From contig NC_068982.1 of NCBI RefSeq assembly GCF_001194135.2, forward strand, positions 63,143,798 through 63,207,797: 64,000 bases of DNA, written 5' to 3'. The notes beneath the pieces are model-generated. The model was not told where the DNA came from. It worked only from the letters and a program-made list of their open reading frames with translations, and ran no database searches. The stretch is from Octopus bimaculoides. Taxonomy: Eukaryota. Each line of letters begins with the position of its first letter. The first letter of the stretch is position 1. The position numbers were made by a program, and so were the translations under genes. This document shows, one piece after another, positions 11,120-24,450 of the stretch.

Positions 11120-11337
11120 TCTCTCGTCGAAGACGACGTATGGGCGTTCAGCTTTTGCCGAATGACCTGTACAAATGATTTGTTTTATAGTGATCAGATG
11201 TTCATGCCGTACATTAGCTCACTCTCTCCATCAGATCGACGTTTTCTGAACAGGTGCACTGTGTACCATGCGTCAGGTGTTGAAGTAATCGCAGAGCAAC
11301 GCGAGATGGAGTGTTTTGCTCAAGAACGCAACACCAC
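11120..11337 (-). mobile_element. SINE fragment with the family C core
   Basis: GAGCAACGCGAGATGGAGTGTTTTGCTCAAGAACGCAAC is the reverse complement of the family C core. Confidence 0.5.
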
Positions 11338-11593
11338 GACATAGCTATTGAATTACAGAGACTATGGGAAGTGCGGGTTAAATGTATCCCAGTAGTTATA
11401 GGTGCACTCGGAACTATCTCTAAAGATCTGAGCAGATAGATAGAGGTAATAGGCATAAAACCCAGTTTAGTACAGCTCCAGTAAACAGTGTCATTTGGGA
11501 CAGCTAGGATACTTAGCAGGGTTCTTGGCATCTAAGGTTACTTGTTGTAGCATAATTTTCGGATTTTTTCCAACAGTCTAATCTGTTGAGTGC

Positions 11594-11638
<45 letters not shown>

Positions 11639-11643
11639 TAATC

Positions 11644-11713
<70 letters not shown>
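11335..11713 (+). mobile_element. R4/Dong-like non-LTR retrotransposon 3' end with (TAA)n tail
   Basis: HDIAIELQRLWEVRVKCIPVVIGALGTI...GTARILSRVL is the C-terminal REL-endonuclease end, followed by a long (TAA)n run. Confidence 0.8.
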
Positions 11714-12334
11714 NNNNNNNNNNNNNNNNNNNNNNNNNNNNNNNNNNNNNNNNNNNNNNNNNNNNNNNNNNNNNNNNNNNNNNNNNNNNNNNNNNNNNNN
11801 NNNNNNNNNNNNNNNNNNNNNNNNNNNNNNNNNNNNNNNNNNNNNNNNNNNNNNNNNNNNNNNNNNNNNNNNNNNNNNNNNNNNNNNNNNNNNNNNNNNN
11901 NNNNNNNNNNNNNNNNNNNNNNNNNNNNNNNNNNNNNNNNNNNNNNNNNNNNNNNNNNNNNNNNNNNNNNNNNNNNNNNNNNNNNNNNNNNNNNNNNNNN
12001 NNNNNNNNNNNNNNNNNNNNNNNNNNNNNNNNNNNNNNNNNNNNNNNNNNNNNNNNNNNNNNNNNNNNNNNNNNNNNNNNNNNNNNNNNNNNNNNNNNNN
12101 NNNNNNNNNNNNNNNNNNNNNNNNNNNNNNNNNNNNNNNNNNNNNNNNNNNNNNNNNNNNNNNNNNNNNNNNNNNNNNNNNNNNNNNNNNNNNNNNNNNN
12201 NNNNNNNNNNNNNNNNNNNNNNNNNNNNNNNNNNNNNNNNNNNNNNNNNNNNNNNNNNNNNNNNNNNNNNNNNNNNNNNNNNNNNNNNNNNNNNNNNNNN
12301 NNNNNNNNNCAAACTTCTTACAGAGAATCGAACC

Positions 12335-12540
12335 CTGTTTCAAATTTTGGCACAATGCTAATCATTTTATGGGGAACTATTAATCGCTTCAATCGACTCA
12401 AGTACTTGACTGGTACTTTATTTTATCGGTCCCGGGAGAACGAAGGGCAAAATTGAGCTTGATTGTATTTAAATGCAAAATGTCGGAACAAATATTGCAA
12501 AGCATTTTACCCGACGTTCTAACAATTCAGCCAGTTCACT
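12335..12540 (-). mobile_element. SINE family A copy (diverged)
   Basis: TTTCAAATTTTGGCACAA...ATCGACTCAAGTACTTGACTGGTACTT...TCAGCCAGTTC matches the family core. Confidence 0.65.
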
Positions 12541-12577
12541 GCTGTAGCAATAATGAATGAATGAATGAATGATGATG

Positions 12578-12641
<64 letters not shown>

Positions 12642-13388
12642 TATTGACAATATGCCAATTGGTATTCTTTGAAAGATTTCAAGCTAGCAGGAAATGTATT
12701 TTCTATTGGCGAGGGTCCAACAGGAGATATTGATTTCCTTAAATACTTATTACAGTAAACTGTAATTTAACTTGTACGCACACGCACAGATAAACAGTCA
12801 CACATTGTCTCTCAATCTTTCTCCTCCTCTTCCCCTCTCACTGATATACAGAGAACGAAACTCATATGCGTATATTGGCGTCATATGTTAAAAACGTGCC
12901 TTGAAATTGTGCCTTTGCATTTTAGTTGCCGCCACACTCAGTTATAAACACTTCAATACACAAGCACCTATATTTAAGTGAATACATTAGTCATACATAT
13001 ACGCACACATATATACACGCAACAACTGACATACCCACTTGACGAAACACAGATGCATAACCACTATGAAAAATGTATATAATTTAATTCATTTATTATT
13101 GTAATTGAGAGAAATATAACGTCATTCATTATAGATCTCCAAGGGGCCAATCACTCTCTGAGAGCAAGAATAACAGGGGAGTATCTATAATTGCATATCT
13201 ACTTCAGATTATATATATGTAGATAGGCGTAGGAGTGGCTGTGTGGTAAGTAGCTTGCTTACGAACCACATGGTTCTGGGTTCAGTCCCACTGCGTGGCA
13301 CCTAGGTACCAAGGATGTTACAGCTTACTTATAAAGCTGGAAATTCCAGGGTTTAGTGAAATAAATACAGATATGGAGTTAAATGCAG

Positions 13389-13514
13389 GTGTTATTCAAA
13401 TCTTTATAATTCCGACATATGTTTCGAAGACAACATTGGTATTATTCCAGAGGGAATAAAATGATGTAAAACAATGCGATCTTCTCATCAGGGAGAAAAA
13501 GAGAAACAAAACAC
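13389..13514 (-). ncRNA. Type I hammerhead ribozyme motif, intact core, extended stems I and II
   Basis: CUGAUGA (13491-13485); stem II starting with a G-C pair, 12 of 13 positions paired, plus a 7-bp apical hairpin; GAAA (13425-13422); palindromic stem III ACAUAUGU; GUC cleavage triplet (C17=13414); three-helix stem I. Confidence 0.8.
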
Positions 13515-13595
13515 ATCAATAAGCAATTTTAACCGAATGTGATTACTGCGTATATGATGAAGGGAACACTGGCGTGTTATTTATATATATCTATA

Positions 13596-15380
13596 GGCCA
13601 TGGGAACGAAAATGTGCCCCAACTATGCGAACCTGTTCGTTGGCTACGTTGAGGCCCAAATATTCTCAAGTTTCACTGGTCCCACTCCCGAACTATACGG
13701 CCGTTATTTTGACGACTGTATCGGTGCGACCTCACTCTCCCGCGAACATCTAGACTCCTTCCTCTCTTTTGTCAAACCTTTCCATCTGCCCTTCACTTCT
13801 CCTGCAATATCTCTGACACTTCTGTCTCCTGTCTTGACATTTCGGTCAGCATTCATCACTCCACTCTTACCACCTCCATACACTACAAACACAGAGACTC
13901 ACACTCATACCTCAGCTTCTCCTCCTCCCACCCTAAAAACACCAAGCCTTCCATCCCCTATTCCTAATTCCTCCGTCTACGCAGGCTCTTCAGTGACGAC
14001 CATGACTTTGAGACTAGTCTCAACTCATGGCTCGCCACTTCATCCTACGTGGTTATCTCCTCACCACTATCCACACCGCCCTTGCCAGAGCACACTCTGT
14101 GGACTGTGTACCTGCTCTCTCTCCTCGCAGCCGCCCCGTCGTCTCCCGTTTCCCCTCACCTACCACCCCACCACCCTACCTCTTCAACGCACCATTCTCC
14201 GAGCCTTCCGGCGACTCCAGTCTGACCCCTCCACTTCGCACACCTTCCTTAACAGACCCCTCCCCTCCTTCAAACGAGTCCACAATCTACGAGACNNNNN
14301 NNNNNNNNNNNNNNNNNNNNNNNNNNNNNNNNNNNNNNNNNNNNNNNNNNNNNNNNNNNNNNNNNNNNNNNNNNNNNNNNNNNNNNNNNNNNNNNNNNNN
14401 NNNNNNNNNNNNNNNNNNNNNNNNNNNNNNNNNNNNNNNNNNNNNNNNNNNNNNNNNNNNNNNNNNNNNNNNNNNNNNNNNNNNNNNNNNNNNNNNNNNN
14501 NNNNNNNNNNNNNNNNNNNNNNNNNNNNNNNNNNNNNNNNNNNNNNNNNNNNNNNNNNNNNNNNNNNNNNNNNNNNNNNNNNNNNNNNNNNNNNNNNNNN
14601 NNNNNNNNNNNNNNNNNNNNNNNNNNNNNNNNNNNNNNNNNNNNNNNNNNNNNNNNNNNNNNNNNNNNNNNNNNNNNNNNNNNNNNNNNNNNNNNNNNNN
14701 NNNNNNNNNNNNNNNNNNNNNNNNNNNNNNNNNNNNNNNNNNNNNNNNNNNNNNNNNNNNNNNNNNNNNNNNNNNNNNNNNNNNNNNNNNNNNNNNNNNN
14801 NNNNNNNNNNNNNNNNNNNNNNNNNNNNNNNNNNNNNNNNNNNNNNNNNNNNNNNNNNNNNNNNNNNNNNNNNNNNNNNNNNNNNNNNNNNNNNNNNNNN
14901 NNNNNNNNNNNNNNNNNNNNNNNNNNNNNNNNNNNNNNNNNNNNNNNNNNNGCCGAACACACACACCACCCTTCCTTTCCCCACTCTCACCTCCTCCACA
15001 TCCCAACACCACCACACCATACCACACATCACCACATCATACACCACCATACCACACAGCACTACATCACATCACACCACCACGCACACACTAGCACTGA
15101 CCACTTCCCAGCCCCACACCATCATCCACACACATACACATACACGCACACATCAAGGTCACCAGCCCTCTTCCTCACGCACATACATGCTCTCTTATAC
15201 CAACGCACACTCACCTTCGTTTTGGGATCACCACTATATAAGTATCTCCCCTTCTTCCTAGCTGTCCTGTGTGATCCCTCTGTCCGGCATTCGCCATGAT
15301 AGCTCGCTGGCCACCACTACACATGCCTTATTTTCTCTACTTGTCTCTTTCTTTTCACTTCCCGAATGTTAAACTAATAC
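13596..15380 (+). mobile_element. Penelope-like element remnant (RT fragment plus terminal repeat region), interrupted by gaps
   Basis: AMGTKMCPNYANLFVGYVE...YGRYFDDCIG is Penelope-type RT; frameshifted downstream. 15120-15310 is homologous to 25040-25240 (shared CACCTTCGTTTTGG(G/A)ATCACCA). Confidence 0.85.
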
Positions 15381-17239
15381 NNNNNNNNNNNNNNNNNNNN
15401 NNNNNNNNNNNNNNNNNNNNNNNNNNNNNNNNNNNNNNNNNNNNNNNNNNNNNNNNNNNNNNNNNNNNNNNNNNNNNNNNNNNNNNNNNNNNNNNNNNNN
15501 NNNNNNNNNNNNNNNNNNNNNNNNNNNNNNNNNNNNNNNNNNNNNNNNNNNNNNNNNNNNNNNNNNNNNNNNNNNNNNNNNNNNNNNNNNNNNNNNNNNN
15601 NNNNNNNNNNNNNNNNNNNNNNNNNNNNNNNNNNNNNNNNNNNNNNNNNNNNNNNNNNNNNNNNNNNNNNNNNNNNNNNNNNNNNNNNNNNNNNNNNNNN
15701 NNNNNNNNNNNNNNNNNNNNNNNNNNNNNNNNNNNNNNNNNNNTATATATATAATGGGACAAGAACGCAAAACATCCGGACAGTTAGGTGATACAAAAAT
15801 GGGACAACAAAACATCCAGATAGACGCTACAAAGAAAATAAGGACGGGTCATTCAAAGTTTTCTTTCCTCAGTCGAGTACCAGATTATTTTCGCAATTTC
15901 GGCTGATTATACTCGAGATTGCTCCAATCTGGCCAGCCCCAAGGAAAAACTAAGCTAAGAGCATTAGATTCCTTGGAAGACAGCAGCAAATGTATACAAA
16001 AACAAGGACGAAAAAAACAGACAATGTCACACAAACACAATAAAAATAATCACAGGAGTTAACAACAGGTGTCTTTCGACTAAGGACGAATTAAATTAAG
16101 CTGGCGCGTGTGGTAATAAAGCCTTAGGGCAGGGATACAAGGTTTCACAAGCACAGGGAGGAATATCGTCTGAATAATTGTTAAAAACGTGTGAAATAAG
16201 TCAATGCAAACCCTTTATTTTTCTCTGTTCCAAAAAAAAAAGCAAGACTTAAAACGTACCCGTTATAAACTGCAATCCATCTTTTCTAATAGTTATCTTA
16301 GGTTCTTATACACAATGTTTATGCATGAAAATATCTAATCACACTGCCGAATTATATACAACATGAAAATTAGTCCAGTTATTTCTGGCACTAGACTGTA
16401 ATTGCTTTATATACCAGTTGATAGACAAAAGGGTGGAAAGTATTTAAGTTTTAAGAAAGGCCACGAACAATAATATATGTTAAAGTGATCACCACTGTTT
16501 TCTTTGGGCTAAAAGATGCGCAAGAAATATTAGCGTTTTGCTTCTCACAGTGCAGTGCTACCAATGGTACTAAAGTAATCTTCGTTCCCTTTTCCTTCAA
16601 ACTAGACACGATTATTTCACAAATGAGATAGTAAATCTGCTTATATTTATAGCCGCCTCTACTTCGAAATATAGTGTGAAATTACTTATATATTTATTGA
16701 TGATGTAAAGACATACAGATATATGGCAGAATGCGCCAGAATAATTAATTTATCAAAACGCTGCATAGTGAAAATGCCCTTTCTTTTTTTAGCTTAGTTG
16801 CTAGTTTGCAGCATTTGCCACAACTATTAAATAAATATATATCTTCTCAGTTAAATGCAATGCAGAATCATGGCGACTGGCACTTTGTACAGAAATCTAT
16901 TTCAACTGACCAGCAATAGCAAGATGGCATCTATTGCATTTTTGGCAAAGACGTGTAGTTTTAGTTGGTGAAGACTTATATGCTTGTTTTGATTTATGTA
17001 CATACAATAGTTAAGAAGATTTAAGTTAGAAACCCAAACTCGATTAGAAGCTGAACATATTAATATATTCCATGCGTCTTGTTTTGATTTTATATAATTA
17101 CTGCGATTCTCTTTAAAATATATATTACCTTCGTGTTTGTCTATCTTTTCTTTTTAGATCCGATTTGAGGCAGTAGTTGGATATCTAGTTCAGTGTATAA
17201 TGGGATATTACTATATACTTGTATCAGTATCTCCATAAA

Positions 17240-17274
<35 letters not shown>

Positions 17275-17297
17275 GTCTGTCTGTCTATCTGTGTGTA

Positions 17298-17397
<100 letters not shown>

Positions 17398-17922
17398 CAC
17401 ATATATATATATATATATATGTGTATGTATATATATATATATATATACAGTTAAAACACATCTGTCAGACGGCAACTTGATGACTGCTATAAAGTAGGAA
17501 AGTATACTAGTCCTTATATATATAATACTCAATATTTCATTTATTTAGTAAGACATTCAATACTTCATTTCATTTTACTATTTATATTATATATTCCATA
17601 TTCTATATCCCACATTAATTTATAAGAATATAAATAAAACATAAAAAATAGACGGAGTTGGAACTCTTTTAAATAATATATTCCTCTACACACTATCATA
17701 CAAACCCTTTTTAAAAATTTTCTCATATGTATATATATATATATATATACACACGCATATATATATATATATATATGTTTGCTTTCATTTATATACGTAT
17801 GTATTTATGTAAGCAATCAAGTAGTATACTTAAACGTATGCACGCATATTTATCAAAGTTTGTGTATATGTATGAGAGCGAGTATTTCTGTGTGTGTATA
17901 CACACTCTCACACACACACACA

Positions 17923-17999
<77 letters not shown>

Positions 18000-18004
18000 A
18001 CGTT

Positions 18005-18042
<38 letters not shown>

Positions 18043-18721
18043 CCTAAATACTCATGTTCGGTTTTGTGTACAAATCTACAAAGTCTATAAATAAAGTCCA
18101 TAAATTATTCTTTATTTTGTGTACTAAACCTAACATATCTAAAATTTATATTATTATTTTATTAAGTGTTGCAAACAGCAGTAAACCCTCTGTTTTTATG
18201 ATTAATGAATAGTATGTTTGTCTGTTTTATTGTTTCTTCTGGAGTTTTATAGCAGTTATTATTTGTTCTGTTTAGTCCAGTTATTATTTGTTTATGAAAT
18301 ATAAAACAAATGTATTGTTTAAAATTACGAAAAAAAAAAAAACATTAAAGTCTACGCATTGTTTGTCTGTCTTAAGTATTGTCATGTTATTAGTTAAAAA
18401 TGAAATCCAAAAAAAAAAGAAATGAAAAGAAAAACGGAAGATACGCTGCAATATTGTTTTACCTTTTTAACTTTCACGTTAAACTTACTTTTCCTTTTGT
18501 TTGAGTCTTTTGAAGATTTGTCAATATCATTAATTTGAAACAATTTTTTTTGTTCATTGCTTTAGCAATGTCTACGGTTTAGTGATTGATATTCGAAAAA
18601 TATTAAAGTAGATTTTCGAACGAAGCACTTGTGATGTGCATATAAGAAAAATATTTCGTTAATTACTTAGATAAGGTGTGGCAGCATCTATGAATTTTGC
18701 AGGCCTTCTAAGTTTCGTAAT

Positions 18722-18930
18722 AATGGTTTCAAATTTTAGCACAAGGTCAGCAATTTCGGTAAGTCGATTACATCGACCCCAGTGCTTGACTGGTTATTAT
18801 TTAATCGATCCCGAAAGGATGAAAGATAAAGTCGACTTCGATGAAATTTGAACTCAGAATGTAAAGACGGACTAAACACCGTTAAGCATTTTCCCGGTGT
18901 GCTAACGATTCTGCCAGTTTTCTGCCTTTA
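18722..18930 (-). mobile_element. SINE family A copy
   Basis: GTCGATTACATCGACCCCAGTGCTTGACTGG...AAAGGATGAAAG..AAAGTCGAC...TTTGAACTCAGAA...GCTAACGATTCTGCCAG. Confidence 0.8.
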
Positions 18931-21900
18931 AGTTTTATAATATTAACTTGATTGATACTGCGTTTGGATATCTGTAGTTGATAACACACAAAAAAGTAAC
19001 TTCGGCGGAAAGAGAACCCAAGAGGAATACAGTTCTATGATGAAATAATGAAGTAAAATCTTTAGTGAGTTGTTTGGAAAATGAAAAAGGTCAGAGTTCA
19101 CCACAAAAGGAAATATGAACGCATTGGGTAGACATCGGTGAGCGGGGTTTAAATATGATTAATTTAAAATATCAGTGGCCATTATTGTTAATGTGGAAGA
19201 AATAAGGTTTTCTAATGAGCTTTAACAATCAACTAGATGACTTCTTTGGGGTGGGTTTATATCTGTACCAACAGCACCATCCTATATATACGTACAGTAC
19301 TCTAAAATCGGTTTCAACACTTCAAGAATTTTTGCAGTAGTAGCACTAGAGAATCTAAATCGCAGTTCAATGAGGCTACGACCCAGTGGTAACAGCGAAA
19401 ATTTTGCGCGAATTGTAAGTTTCTGTTGTGTATGATTTAGGGTGTTTCAGTATGTAGTAGCTACACCAACCCATATGCGAGAGCAGAATGTCAATGTGTT
19501 TTGGGTCAGCAAATGTTTGAGGCTAAAATAATTTCTAATTTTGATGAACTTTAGACTTTGGGATGTGGTTTTAGGAATGTTATACATGTGAAACCGCAGT
19601 GAGTGTTACTGGTAATAGCAGCGGATTGCATTCTTCGCTTGAATTGTTACGGAGAAGCCATGACAGAATCACGTGGGCATTTTATATTTAATATTGGTTA
19701 CATAAGAGATGCGGAGAGATATGCTTAAAGATGTTTCTATTTACTTTATTGCCTTTGATCAGTCTGAGATGAAACACATTTGATCCTAAAATATTTCGGT
19801 ATAATTTTGACAGAACTCTTGCCTGCCAGCTAACGCGAAGTATGAAAAATAAAGCGTTGCATGAAGAGTCGTGGGAAAATGTAAGTAGTTTTGATTGCAG
19901 TAGTACATATTAGGGTTTTATATGAAACAGCTATCTAGACAATTAAAAAAAAACAATGAATAACAAATTGAAATCCTAACATTTAATCTCGTGGAAAGCG
20001 GGAAAAGAGACAAGAGAGAGAGGGAGAGAGAGAGACAGACAGACAAAGAGACAGAGCGACAGACTGACAGGGAGATAGAGAGAGAAAGAGAGAGAGACAG
20101 AGAGATAGAAAGATATAGAAAGTGACAAAAGTGTTAAAAGATACTGAAATTGAATGGGAAAAAAATAAAAGAATCAATCATTTTATTGGAAATGGGGACG
20201 TGGGTGAGCTTTTAAATCCAATATGCTATGTATTTTGTAAGACTTTATACACAAAAGTAGTTTCCTGGATGCTGCTTTCCAGATGGGCATGTAAATTAAA
20301 TATGACTCTAGTGGATTTGATAATTTAAACAGCTGTGAAGTCTAATGCACTGAGTTAGTTAACATGTCCAACCGCATGATGAAACACAAGCATTAGATTT
20401 AAACTGACGTCATTTAAATTGACCGACATCTACTTATCTATTCTCTTCTACTAGTGAAGAAAGTTTTCAACGAGGGAATCTAAACGTTGAGGCTCAAACT
20501 ACAAGAAATAGTAAGCAACTCAGCGAACTCTTCTTTCCTCAGATCACATCTTACAATCATCAAAAACAGGAAGATATGTCTGGAAAAAAAATAAAAGAAC
20601 ATAAACAGTTTGAACGTCTTTGAACATAAACCTGCTCGACCAGGGGTTAAACAGCAGTAATGGCAACCACAGTAACGACCATAATGAAAGAGCAAACATC
20701 TAATGGAAGAAATGGCCGTCTGGACAGAGAGGGTGTGGTGAGGAATGAGAAGTATATGATGGAAAGTAACAATGAGCTTTTGAAACATGTATGTGTATGT
20801 GTGTTTAAAGTGAGTATGTGTGTATGTGTGTATGTGTGTTCGTATGTGTGTATGTGTGTTCGTATGTGTGTATGTGTGTTCGTGCGAAAAAAGGAAGGAC
20901 AAATTAAAGAATGAGAACAAAAAATGGGGGAAAAGACATAGAAGAATGAAAAGTGGAGAAAAGAGAATAGAAAGAATCAGAGAAGAAAATTGAGGAAATA
21001 CAAATGAAATAAAGAGAAAATAAAAAAGGAGAAGAAGAAAATAAAAATATAAAACGAAGAGGAAGAAATGGAAGAGAGAGAGAGAGAGAGAGATAAAAAG
21101 GGTGGAGGATTTTCAATAATATATTGTTACAGACAGAAAGCGAAATTATCCAGGGACATCATTCGCATGGAAAGTTACTGTCTAGTTAGTACCGTCATAA
21201 ATAATTTTGCGAGAGAAACATCAATTACTTAATGATACTTTTGCAGTTAACAGAAGACGACATTGAAAGCAATACATAACGTAAGTAATATTTTGGAAAG
21301 AAAGGGTGATTACTCCGTTAATTGTCTTAACCGAAGACATCTTTCGGTCTTATTAGACTTTATTAGCAAAGCTTAACTTTCACTATATTAATGCACGAAA
21401 AGAGCAGCATCTAAAGGAAGAAAGAGTTGTGAAATATGTACAAATGGCGTCGTAACGATAGAAAATAACTGAGGAAAAGCTACCCAGAGTCGATATCCGC
21501 ATGAAAAGGTGACAAGTTAGAGACATTATAATTAATATAGTGAGGAACTAATACTTCTGCGTCCCATCAAGTTTTCACCTCTAACTTGACCTTCTAAACG
21601 AACTGATAAAATGTTAAATACAGACACTTCCTCTACTTCCAACATAAATTACTTTTTTCATACATTTTGCCGCTGATGACAGAGACTGAGAGAACTTAGC
21701 CTGATTGATCTTAGATAGCATGAGAAAGTAAAAGATATTGTGCCTCATCTTTACTAGAGTATAAATATAAAAATGGATTATAAGCTATAAATGTAGTCAT
21801 AGAAATTTCGAGAAGTATAGAAAGGTAATGTATATGAGAAGATGAAATAGATTAGAATAAAAATAGTGCGTATAGTTAATGAATCAACTGAAAGAAGGTT

Positions 21901-22249
21901 ATATAAAGAAGAGAGTACGTTAAATATATGAACTGGCTGACAGAAGTTTATAAAAGGGAGAAGAAATTTAAGAAACTTTTGTAAAGAACAATATAAAAAT
22001 AGTTTATAATTTATGGATCCATATTTAGAATGCTGTCTAAAGGAGAATAGAAAGCGAAGAGTAAAGCTGTTTTTGATTACTGAAGCAACTACCCAGTAAG
22101 CATAGAGATGTAATGTCAATAATGTTAGTCAAAAAAGTGTCACGATCTGCCTTCCTTTATATGCAAAAAGAAACAAATATCACCAGAACAGTAATTCAAA
22201 AGCAGGGGTTTATGTTCTGGGTCGATACTTTAATTTTCATTTCTCGGAG

Positions 22250-23480
22250 GGCAATAAAAGAAAACAGCGATAAAATACTTAAGAAAGCAATAGGACCGGC
22301 ACAATGCAAGATAGCACCACCGAAAACCAAAGCTGGGGAGACCATCACAGACCAGCTGAAGCAAATGGAGAAATGGGTGGAGCATTAATCCGAGTTATAC
22401 TCCCAAGATAGCTCCATTTCGAAAACATCACTGAACAGCTTGGAAAGTTTGCTGGTCATGGACGAACTGGACATACCCCCAACCGTAGAGGAATTAGAAA
22501 AAGCACACGACTCATTATCAACTGGAAAAGCACCAGGACTAGATGGGATACCAGCTGAAGTTATCTAGTGTTCGAAAGAAGACATCCTGTATCAACTCCA
22601 CCATATCCTGCCATTGCTGGGAGGAAGGGGAGATACGTAGTGATTTGAAAGACAGTAAAATTGTCACGTTGAATAAAAACAAAGGAAGCAGGAGTCACTG
22701 TGACAGCTGTAGAAGTATATCGCTGTTCAGTGTCGTCGGGAAGGCATTTGCTCGCGTGACTCTCGACCAAGTTCGGAAACTTGCTGAAAGGATCTACCCA
22801 GTTTCTCAAAGTGGCTTCAGATCGGAACGATCTACGATGGATATGATTTTCTCTCTTATGCAGTTACAAGAGAAGTGCAGGGAACAGAACTAACTGCTCT
22901 ACATTGCATTCGTTGACTTGACGAAGGCGTTCGACATGGTGAGTAGGAATGGGTTATTCCTAGTTCTTGAGAAGATTGGGAGTCCTCCTCGACTGCTCCG
23001 CATCCTTCAGTCTTTCCATTTGTACATGAAGGCCACAGTACAATTCAACGGAAACACCTCAGAATCCTTTGATGTTCGACGTGCGGTAAAACAGGGATGC
23101 GTGTTTGCTCCTACCCTGTTCAACATCTACTTCGCTATCATGCTGAAGTATGCATTTGGTACGCAAAACGACGGCGTTTGCCTCCACACAAGGTCGGACG
23201 GTAAACTATTCAATCTGTCAAGGCTCAATGCGAAGATCAAAAACTGCAGGGTTTACGTCCGGGAGATGCTGTTTGCCGACGATGCAGCTCTAGTAGCTCA
23301 TTCAGAACTGCAACTGCAAACAATGATGGACAATCTCAACCGGGCGTGCAGTGACTTCAGCTTAACAATCAGCCAACAGAAGACCAAGGTAATGAGCCAA
23401 GGCATCTCGGATCCCCTCATCATTACAATCGATAACCACTCACTCGATGTGGTCCGTGAGTTTACGTACCTTGGCTCAAC
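22250..23480 (+). mobile_element. RTE-clade (BovB/RTE-1-like) LINE reverse transcriptase fragment, pseudogenised
   Basis: KAPGLDGI, FVDLTKAFDMVSR, VKQGCVFAPTLFNIYF, SDGKLFNLSRL, LFADDAAL, FTYLGST; stops and frameshifts; truncated by a SINE at 23491. Confidence 0.9.
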
Positions 23481-23490
23481 ATATATATAT

Positions 23491-23820
23491 GGTGAAGGCT
23501 CAGTGATTAGATCGTCGAGCTTACGATCGTGAGATTGTGAGTTCGAATCCCGGACCGGGCTGCGTGTTGTGTTCTTGAGCAAGACACTTTATTTCACGTT
23601 GCTCCAGTTCACTCAGCTGTAGAAATAAGTTGCGATGTCACAAGTGCCAAGCTGTATCGGCCTTTACCTTTCCCTTGGATAACACTTGTGGCGTGGAGAG
23701 GGGAGGCTGGTATGCATGGGCGACTGCTGGTCTTCCATAAACAACCTTGCCCGGACTTGTGCCTGGGAGGGTAAATTTCTAGGTGCAATCCCATGGTCAG
23801 TCATGACCGAAAGAGGTCTC
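23491..23820 (+). mobile_element. tRNA-derived SINE family C with a CORE-like central block
   Basis: B box GAGTTCGAATCCC, then CTTGAGCAAGACACTTTATTTCACGTTGCTCCAGTTCACTCAGCTG. The same block is at 32470-32510 (-) and 11300-11335 (-). Confidence 0.8.
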
Positions 23821-23829
23821 AGCATATAT

Positions 23830-23864
<35 letters not shown>

Positions 23865-24378
23865 CACGCACATACACAGATACACACATACACTCTAGCG
23901 AAAATGATGAGATCTTTCATGTGTTCACAAATTTGAAATAAACGTATTAATTCTAGATTAATACAATTATTTAATTATTTATGCAGTCATTCACAATGCC
24001 ATGAGATCTCTTTGAGAAAGTGTCTCTTAGTAACACTTTTCACTAATGACCGCAACATAAGAATTCATTTCTTGAAAACATAATAGGATGTTTGTTATAT
24101 CGAATCTCCTCCAACTCGGAAATATTTTCGGCAAATTTAAATTGTAAAAGATTTTGCTGTCCAGCTTCAATTATTGATTTCTGTTTACTGAAGTTTCCAT
24201 AAGGATGAAAACAAATTAGTCCTGGTTATTTTGATGTATTCTTTGTTGTAGAAAATTACATATGTTCTACTTCTTGTTATGCATCGTTTACATTCTTACA
24301 CAGAATTATATATATGTGTGTGTGTGTGTGTGTGTATAAGTATACGTATGCATATACATACATACATACACACACACG

Positions 24379-24444
<66 letters not shown>

Positions 24445-24450
24445 CATATA

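Noticed and set aside
15880-15960. Hammerhead-like fragment on the minus strand (GGCUG...GAGUAUAAUCAGCC-GAAA, resembling stem II at 54208-54228, with a CUGAGGA further downstream) in an unclassified repeat at ~15744-16170
   Set aside because: There is no CUGANGA before the stem. The type II permutation fails because the downstream CUGAGGA is not followed by a partner for stem II and stem I does not pair.
21670-21705. CUGAUGA followed by a CAG/CUG mini-stem
   Set aside because: No GAAA core follows at the correct position.
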